From: an uncultured Candidatus Saccharibacteria bacterium
Lineage (GTDB): Bacteria > Patescibacteriota > Minisyncoccia > Phycocordibacterales > UBA9973
Assembly (NCBI GenBank): GCA_964496425.1
Contig: CAZBZO010000002.1
Span: 2,450 to 66,449, forward strand
Length of the DNA stretch: 64,000 nucleotides
Reading direction: 5' to 3'
Position numbers and translations under genes: made by a program. The notes under the pieces are model-generated. The model made no database searches, was not told the origin of the DNA, and was given only the letters and a program-made list of their open reading frames with translations. Positions 59,201-64,000 of the stretch are shown in pieces; within the stretch, counting starts at the first letter, position 1; the number at the start of each line of letters is the position of its first letter.

Positions 59201-60956
59201 TACCGCAGGTACGTTTAATCCAAACGGAGTAACTATGACAGGTTCAGGAATCAGTAACGTACTAACGGCGACTAATAGTACTTTATTGGTGGATAAAAAT
59301 ACCACTACAGCATTTTCGGATAATTATTCAAGTATGGAAACAGTAACACTTGGTACCGGTTCGACGGTTGACTACATGGGAAGTGGTTCGCAGACAATTA
59401 GTAGTTCGTTCGGTTATGAAAATATAAAAACCTCAACAGGAGGTACCAAGACTTTAAATGGTACTACTGTTGCAAATGGATCAATTACTATTACTACATC
59501 AACACTCACCACTGCAGGTAATACACTGACTGCTCTGAGCATTTCAGTTGATGGAACAAGTACATTTACTGCTAGTTCGACATCTACGGTCACCATTACT
59601 GGCACGACAGGACCAGTTTTTACGCTTACCTCAGGAGGCGCATTTAATGCAAATTCTTCATCTTTTGTTTTTAACGGCAATGCGACCATGACGCTTCTTT
59701 CTGGTACATTCACCGGCGGTAATGCGTTTAACGACGTCACATTCTCTCCAACGGTTTCGGTAGGTGGTAATAAAACCTACACTCCAAGTTCTACGGCAGT
59801 AGCGATAAATGGCAATTTTACTATTAATCCTTCCGCATCGGTTATCACAACAACTTTGATAGTAAATTTAGCCGCAAATCTTACTGTTGCAACAAATAAA
59901 ACAATAACAATCCAAGGTACCGGTACAGGATTAGGTAGAATTGATTTACAGTCATTTGCCTTGAGCGCGGGTTCGATGTCAATTGCGTCAACCGGCACGG
60001 TCCTTGGTAATACCGGGAGTATTACATTAGCTGGCAGTTGGACGAATGGTGGTACTTTTACTGAAGGAACATCGACAGTGACTTTAAATAGTGGCACAAC
60101 AGCAGTCGTGACAGGTACGACAACATTTTACAATCTTACTATTACTCATACTGCAGCCAAAGAAGTTGATTTCGCAACTTCGGGTACTCCGATTTTTCAC
60201 GTGACGAATGCTTTTGTTGTAACGGGAAGTTCGGGCAATCTTATTAAATTATATTCAGATTCCGCCGGTACTCAGTGGGAATTTCATCCGACAGGCACGG
60301 CCTCGGTTGATTACGCTGATGTGAAAGATGGTGGTTGTCAGTCGGGCGCTATTACTATTACGCCCACAAACTCGATCAACAGCGGCAACAATGATTCGTG
60401 TTGGTTTTTTGCAAGTGCATTATCGTTTGATATTGATACAGCATTAACTGATGCCGAGTCTGCTTCGCCGTACTCAGTAGCGTTGGGTACACTTACCACT
60501 TCGGATACCAGGGTCTCAGGCAGTACTGATAGCATCAATTATATTTGGCTTGATATTAGCAGCAGTGCGCCTGGTGGGGCGGTTATAACGGTCCTCAATG
60601 CCAATGGATCAAACGGCCTCGTTTCTACCTCAAAACCAACAAGTACCATAAATAGCACGGATGGTTCAGTAGCGGACGGAACGGAAAATTATGGGTTGTG
60701 CGTTGTCTCAGTATCTACAAGTTCTGGTACCTTAGATGATGAAGGGGGATATGATGGAGACACGTGCGCGGGTAACAGCGAAACTAATAATGTTCAGGAG
60801 CTTAGTTCGTCCGGTGAGATACTACTTGATACCAATGGAGCCGCGATTACTGCCGGAAGGGCACAAATTGCCGTAAATGCATCCATAAGTTCCGTAACTC
60901 CTGCACATGATGATTATACCGATACGCTTATATTTTTAGTAACAGGAACGTTTTAG
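53208..60956 (+). CDS. giant (2582 aa) repeat-rich cell-surface protein with N-terminal TM, acidic/Ser-rich region, Gly-rich low-complexity block, Thr/Ser/Gly-rich ~270-aa tandem repeats and a conserved ~190-aa C-terminal domain
   Basis: single uninterrupted ORF; repeats e.g. TSASGTPTFLSAAVTFHILTINAAATVINAGAVIT / TSASGTPTLLSAGTTFHRLTINSAATVINAGAVIT; C-terminal domain homologous to C-terminus of ORF 61121..62260. Confidence 0.8.
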   Translation: MLFFNQKKIKDQENNQIQDVFFDSAKSIINLKKKTPFIEFHFENSIILFKKYERKLFVTLAIFFGVAIFSMFYVTTANVAVFYSSKCLGGWEHPENAEGKPSLSSGAHAEDFTKNNSAYVKEHSASMYCGEFDGVVPVDAIPKTFKLSLAWSVDNGTVRHREPKPFDLSTEFEPDTSTAVTDENKNDDILNEGGEQEEIITDESRESTDILQVEERDSSPETDPQDEEASSEDISSEQSDESSDQQTFFERLFTKKVFAQEENSEGTSSESSSNNNDSTSTENGSESSDSSSDNKNGSEPSGDAPQDSESITENEPSNVPTQGSEQNRDTSVRDQREITEKKNRIKKETGSIPETEPVVDGFMEVSYTLDGATWNSLGQVSMNNWQDVSFDIPLTAWADLSTFQIGFQTLANLDESPAIYIDSVSVEVQYETEQENFNLEVPTVKIIDSSENIIFSDMTTFSSQDEPFFDVVNPKYSESDLLLLINEGKIEIVEDTDKMIDLWEMPSMLEDPVKNSIESIKSIVNPTVSHTPSQIEEETFSSQDEEQGSAGPRRKSTLEIIEGSPPDEQAQEETTNGAIQLKENTSEESPAIESDGENIDQSEEGDNEIISMLPKQSLDRYWGNRIKSEKTNSIISNQSGGTSKAFLFGPYIAHAQEEEALHLNDIVAEVFDSQGKTDIQTSITTVIIGGVQKRRVNIERPQQFRPGTYTLRITLRGENANIISEQNFTWGVLAINIDRSIELPGEDAYIQMAVLNDLGHTLCNADLSLEIKSPSGIVTHFNTSDATIVSAQECGVDNIIPVPDYFSHYTVSNEIGVYSMTLTAETLNGTKTITDSFETKASPLFDVVRTGPTRINPTAGYPVTIEITPKADWNGVITETVPIDFTISPPMRSIAYDSIEIVNNKKNITWNISLIKGETTTIGYYFDAPDESPQFYLLGPLDFSLLSFKGLKTTSVFQEAREWQIASDVATIVLLTTGTSWSVPVDFDPANNTIEGIGGGGGGGGGTNGTGAQGRGGGGAGGGGEYRKISNFNPGGAGSISYVIGQGGTFGAANTSGSNATDTTWNSTSLVAKGGLLGTNTGAGTGGTGGAGGTGGTGAAGNNNGGKGGRGGNRSVTLGGGGGGGGGAGGTSAVGGAGTNGTAGSTGGAGGAGGNASGGTAGTSNGGAGGAGTVWTDNSGGANNGIQGGAGGGGGGGLASAGAGGASGTAGNYGAGGGGGAGGGSGSSAGSAGKAGANGIIAITYTPFTISGTANGNDTATVRVAINGTLQAQTGTISASAWSISGVTLPTSGDIITVWVDNVSDANESSAVTKWSSGSVSSMVLNTNFLTIGSNQNTSLTVTNLGQYDSDNDEDIMHTANSGAFLVQASGNTYTGETITIASSNTLTVSTGESLTTEKMIISGTVTSSGTATYTFTATSGTLLTRTGTFTQSNSTVNVTSASGTPTFLSAAVTFHILTINAAATVINAGAVITIDDTSGALLYIQSGVLNDDGLGISTSASTANTLQIDSGGTMCLGGSSSNTSATCNTGTVSTTTRSMPAFSTYTLNASSTIIYLSDADTTISSTPTYGNLKLQPKFVTTARTYTLNGAMTINGNFDINPEESGAGTPALTVNAGGTITVATTKTITLTRSNSSSSSLDLRPSSTDYNLSTGFLVVATGGTLDAASASSTITLTGTSGTLFTKAGTFTQGTSDVVVTSASGTPTLLSAGTTFHRLTINSAATVINAGAVITMSSADANNRLYIQTGVLNDGGSQIVGTANGTMLIDGGAMLCINGTVGGTNATCNSGAAVNGGSGGFPTNYTTGNITLAVTSTVAYLGNGGLSISSTPTYGNLKLIPVLASTNKSYTFSGVTTINGDFTILPSGAALELKVKLGGDLTVAATKTTTISNSGVPTSLLQLRPVSTDYNLTTGFLSVSSGSELDATLSASTITITGTSGTLYTNAGTFSNGSTEVNFSGNGSATINSGSITFNNFRSSGTGTKSLGVSGISVANNIFITAGTFNPNGVTMTGSGISNVLTATNSTLLVDKNTTTAFSDNYSSMETVTLGTGSTVDYMGSGSQTISSSFGYENIKTSTGGTKTLNGTTVANGSITITTSTLTTAGNTLTALSISVDGTSTFTASSTSTVTITGTTGPVFTLTSGGAFNANSSSFVFNGNATMTLLSGTFTGGNAFNDVTFSPTVSVGGNKTYTPSSTAVAINGNFTINPSASVITTTLIVNLAANLTVATNKTITIQGTGTGLGRIDLQSFALSAGSMSIASTGTVLGNTGSITLAGSWTNGGTFTEGTSTVTLNSGTTAVVTGTTTFYNLTITHTAAKEVDFATSGTPIFHVTNAFVVTGSSGNLIKLYSDSAGTQWEFHPTGTASVDYADVKDGGCQSGAITITPTNSINSGNNDSCWFFASALSFDIDTALTDAESASPYSVALGTLTTSDTRVSGSTDSINYIWLDISSSAPGGAVITVLNANGSNGLVSTSKPTSTINSTDGSVADGTENYGLCVVSVSTSSGTLDDEGGYDGDTCAGNSETNNVQELSSSGEILLDTNGAAITAGRAQIAVNASISSVTPAHDDYTDTLIFLVTGTF
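56200..56920 (+). repeat. Gly-codon (GGN) low-complexity tract inside giant ORF
   Basis: runs of ggcggcggcggtggtggt...; antisense proline-rich ORFs here are artefacts. Confidence 0.85.
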
Positions 60957-61120
60957 TTCTGAGGACTATTTAAGGTATTCTAAAAATATCAGTGACAAAC
61001 AATAAAGCGTATTACATGGCTGTGGATAACTTACGTTGCTGATATTTCTTTATATAAATGCTATAATTTGTGAAGCCTACAACATTACTAATTTTTTCTT
61101 ATACTTACATTAATCAATCA

Positions 61121-62260
61121 ATGAATAAATTTTTACGTAAAAGTACAGCGATTGCTCTCACGCTCGCAATGCTTGTTTCAGTTTCTTATCTTCATTTTCA
61201 AACCCTGCAAGCGGCGACGATCACAAGCGCTAAGGCTACATTTGGAAGACTTAAAGCTAGTACTGCGAATGAATTTGGCACAATTGAATTTGCGACTCCA
61301 ACCGGTATTCAAACAGGAGGCGCGGATACTATCACGCTTACGTTCAGCGCGGATTTTACTCTTGCAGCAGAAGTTGCAAACAACTACGATATTGAACTCG
61401 GGGATAGCGCTACGTGTTCTACGGCTACATATACTGATGAAGTCGTTGCGCTTTCGCCTTCAGCAACCGATTGGGGACTCGATATTACTGGCCAAGTAAT
61501 TACGCTTTCTCCGGAAACCGACCAAGTACTTACTGCTGGGTTTTGTATGAGACTTGTCTGGGGTACCGCTGCAACCACTGGTGCAACTGGATCATCAAGT
61601 ACGATTACAAACGGTGCAGTAGATGATGATGACACAATTACTATTGCAGGTGCCTTTGGGGATACCGGGACTATTACCGTAGATATTATCGATGATGACC
61701 AAGTCACTGTGACTGCTAGCGTCAACCAGTCTATTACATTTGACCTCGATGCCACAGTGGCAGACGGAGAGACCGGTACTCCTTACAACGTTGCACTTGG
61801 TACGATCACTACGACTGATACTCGCGTCTCAGGGTCAACAGATAGCGTTAACATGATTGTTGCGGAAGCTGACACCAATGCTTCCGGCGGGGTAGTGGTA
61901 ACAGTACGTAACGCGAACGGTTCAAATGGCCTAGTGTCTACCTCTGTTCCAGCTGATAACATAAATAGCGCTGATGCGGCAATGATTGATGGTACGGAAA
62001 ATTATGGTCTCTGTGTTATCACTGCAGGACTAAGCGGATTTACAATCGCAACTCCGTATGCGTCAAATACGTGCGCGACAAACTCTGAGACAAACGACGT
62101 AGAAGCACTTACAACAACAGGAGAAAACATTTTGAGTACAACAGCACCAGTGTCTGCTGCTCATGCAGAAATTTCGGTCAATGCTGCTATATCTGGCACT
62201 ACTGTTGCTCACTCAGACTACACGGATACGCTGACATTTATTGCAACTGCAACTTTCTAA
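61121..62260 (+). CDS. secreted protein sharing the ~190-aa C-terminal domain of the giant protein (WxL/CscB-like candidate)
   Basis: signal peptide MNKFLRKSTAIALTLAMLVSVS; C-terminal region (ITFDLDATVADGETGTPYNVALGTITTTDTRVSGSTDS...SDYTDTLTFIATATF) ~60% identical to giant protein C-terminus. Confidence 0.7.
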   Translation: MNKFLRKSTAIALTLAMLVSVSYLHFQTLQAATITSAKATFGRLKASTANEFGTIEFATPTGIQTGGADTITLTFSADFTLAAEVANNYDIELGDSATCSTATYTDEVVALSPSATDWGLDITGQVITLSPETDQVLTAGFCMRLVWGTAATTGATGSSSTITNGAVDDDDTITIAGAFGDTGTITVDIIDDDQVTVTASVNQSITFDLDATVADGETGTPYNVALGTITTTDTRVSGSTDSVNMIVAEADTNASGGVVVTVRNANGSNGLVSTSVPADNINSADAAMIDGTENYGLCVITAGLSGFTIATPYASNTCATNSETNDVEALTTTGENILSTTAPVSAAHAEISVNAAISGTTVAHSDYTDTLTFIATATF

Positions 62261-62271
62261 ATTTTAACTAA

Positions 62272-63306
62272 ATGAACTCTAATTCATTCTCAAGAAACGC
62301 ATTTCTTTTTCTCACTGCTGCTATCGTTCTATTGTATGGCGTAAAAGCTGAAGCTCTTACGCTTTCTCCCGTGCGTTTTGAACTTACGGCAGACCCTGGG
62401 GCAACAGTTTCGGGAGAGATGGTTCTTACCAATGAACGAGAAACCACAGAGACGTACTATTCTTCATTTTCCAATTTTGAAGCACAAGGAGAATCAGGAA
62501 GCCCGAACTTCATCACTCCAACTGAAGGCTTAGGAACATGGATGAGTACGCAAGCAAGTCTAACCCTTCAGTCCGGCGAATCACAAATTGTACCTTTCCA
62601 AATCAAGGTACCTAGCGATGCCGAACCAGGAGGGAATTTTGCTGCAATTTTTTGGTCTACAAGTCCAAGTGACATTGGTGAAGGTGGTGCTGTTGTTATT
62701 GGTGCTCGAACAGGAATACTCGTACTTCTTTCGGTTAATGGAGAGGTAGAAGTGAGTGGGGGAGTTACTGGATATACCACAAAGGATGAAAAAAGCTATT
62801 ACGAATCCCTCCCCATTGAATTTGTCTATCGGTTTAGAAACGATGGAGGCGATCGTATCAAACCTGAAGGCGACATAACTATCAAAAATCTTTTTGGTTT
62901 TACGAAAGCGGTAATACCTGCCAATACCGTAGAAGGCAATGTACTTCCGACCCAAATCCGCCGTTTTGAAACAGCATGGGTTGGTAATGGAAAAAATGCT
63001 TCCACTGAGCCCGAGCTTATCGATGGATTTTTTAATAAAGCAAAAAATGAATGGCGCAATTTTGCTCTTGGCCGCTTTACTGCAACCCTTGATCTTACCT
63101 ACGGCGAAACTGAGCAAAAAACGCAGTCAAAAATAGCATTTTGGGTATTTCCATGGCATTTTTTGATTGTCTTTCTCGTATTACTTATTCTTGCTCTCTA
63201 TACTATTTCGAAACTGATGCGCGCGTATAACAGATGGATTATCGCACGAGTCGAAGAGCGAATGATCGCTGAGGGAAAAATTTCCTCATCTCGCAAGACT
63301 AACTAA
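62272..63306 (+). CDS. cell-surface protein with signal peptide, beta-rich ectodomain and C-terminal TM anchor (DUF916/DUF3324-like, CscA-like candidate)
   Basis: 344 aa; N-terminal signal, C-terminal FWVFPWHFLIVFLVLLILALYTI helix then basic tail. Confidence 0.5.
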   Translation: MNSNSFSRNAFLFLTAAIVLLYGVKAEALTLSPVRFELTADPGATVSGEMVLTNERETTETYYSSFSNFEAQGESGSPNFITPTEGLGTWMSTQASLTLQSGESQIVPFQIKVPSDAEPGGNFAAIFWSTSPSDIGEGGAVVIGARTGILVLLSVNGEVEVSGGVTGYTTKDEKSYYESLPIEFVYRFRNDGGDRIKPEGDITIKNLFGFTKAVIPANTVEGNVLPTQIRRFETAWVGNGKNASTEPELIDGFFNKAKNEWRNFALGRFTATLDLTYGETEQKTQSKIAFWVFPWHFLIVFLVLLILALYTISKLMRAYNRWIIARVEERMIAEGKISSSRKTN

Positions 63307-63338
63307 TACGCCTATGCGGAGGAATCCCACACGATTCC

Positions 63339-64000
63339 ATGAAACAACGTTTGAACGCTTTGTGTGTTCGATCGTATTGATTGCGTATCTTGTTTTATAT
63401 TCTCAAAGTGGCAGAGCTCAAACAGATCCCGTAGAAGTACCGCTTAGCGTGACGGCGACCGTAGTAGGGGAACCAGGCGTAGACAATGGTGGTGGCGGAG
63501 GCGGCAATTTTTCTAGTCCGACTGAAGTTATTTTTTCAGGACGTGCGTACCCGCTTTCGGTAGTCATTTTACTTAAAGATGGAGTCGAGGTTGTAAACAC
63601 CATCGCAGGCCCTGATGCAAAATTTGAAATTAAACTCTCCAATCTTTCAAGCGGTACCTATACGTTTTCACTTCTTTCAGAAGACTCTGCTGGGCGCCGT
63701 TCAATACCTTTTACGATTCCGATTATGATTACCAAAGGAGCGTCAACTACGGTATCGGGTATTTTTTTGGCTCCCACCATCGATATAGATAAAGAAGTCG
63801 TTAAGCGTGGCGATATTTTAGCTATTTTCGGACAGAGTGTCCCATCGGCAACGATCACTATTGAAGTTCACTCAGACCAGGAAATTACAGCTGTCGTACC
63901 GACTGATGCATGGGGAACATATTTATATAATCTTAATACGACACTTCTATCATACGGAGAGCATGATACGAGTACTCGCGCCGAGCTTGTAGCAACCAAT
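63339..64000 (+). CDS. secreted hypothetical protein (partial, continues beyond window)
   Basis: ATG 63339 followed by signal-like N-terminus MKQRLNALCVRSYLIAYLVLYSQSGRAQT and open frame to window end; not in ORF track because unterminated. Confidence 0.45.

Noticed and set aside
53208-60956. CRISPR array in the repeat-rich region
   Set aside because: The repeats are in-frame coding repeats of variable sequence within one long ORF. There is no short identical repeat/spacer periodicity, and no cas genes.
30621-61032. Perfect DnaA-box 9-mers (tgtggataa = TTATCCACA) at 30621-30629 and 61024-61032
   Set aside because: These are isolated single boxes with no cluster, no AT-rich DUE and no dnaA/dnaN nearby, so this is not an origin. 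It could be incidental or a single regulatory box.

Overview
The window is a gene-dense, mostly single-strand-biased chromosomal segment. It looks like a small-genome, Gram-positive-like bacterium, possibly a CPR/Patescibacteria-type lineage, because several core proteins are truncated or carry insertions and there are sortase, FemAB and PBP genes.

Housekeeping content:
- A partial RelA/SpoT HD-domain gene, then topA, dprA, serS, an FtsQ-like gene and dus.
- A class II aaRS-like paralog.
- A sortase together with an LAETG-anchored adhesin.
- dnaX, and five tRNAs (Gln, Glu, Arg, Phe, Val).
- A DEAD-box helicase and a class I FBA.
- PBP2 plus FemAB, greA, lysS, and a dcw block (mraZ-rsmH-ftsL-ftsI-murF-like).
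- valS, tsaD, an unusual HTH-MurA fusion divergent from murB, an Hsp20 and a PrsW-like protease.

Accessory region: about 47.6-53.1 kb is a tRNA-Val-associated island.
- It is bounded by an exact 19-bp copy of the tRNA-Val 3' end and is visibly AT-richer than its surroundings.
- It carries a Gabija-like defence pair, a class-2 OLD ATPase-TOPRIM nuclease plus a short UvrD-like helicase. The pair is itself bracketed by ~210-bp direct repeats.
- It also carries an XRE HTH gene and a two-gene module of unknown function.

Downstream of the island:
- One giant (2582 aa) Gly/Thr/Ser-repeat surface protein.
- A 396-aa protein sharing its ~190-aa C-terminal domain.
- A signal-peptide/C-terminal-TM protein.
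- This arrangement resembles a WxL/Csc-type cell-surface complex locus.

No CRISPR array, rRNA or integrase gene was seen.
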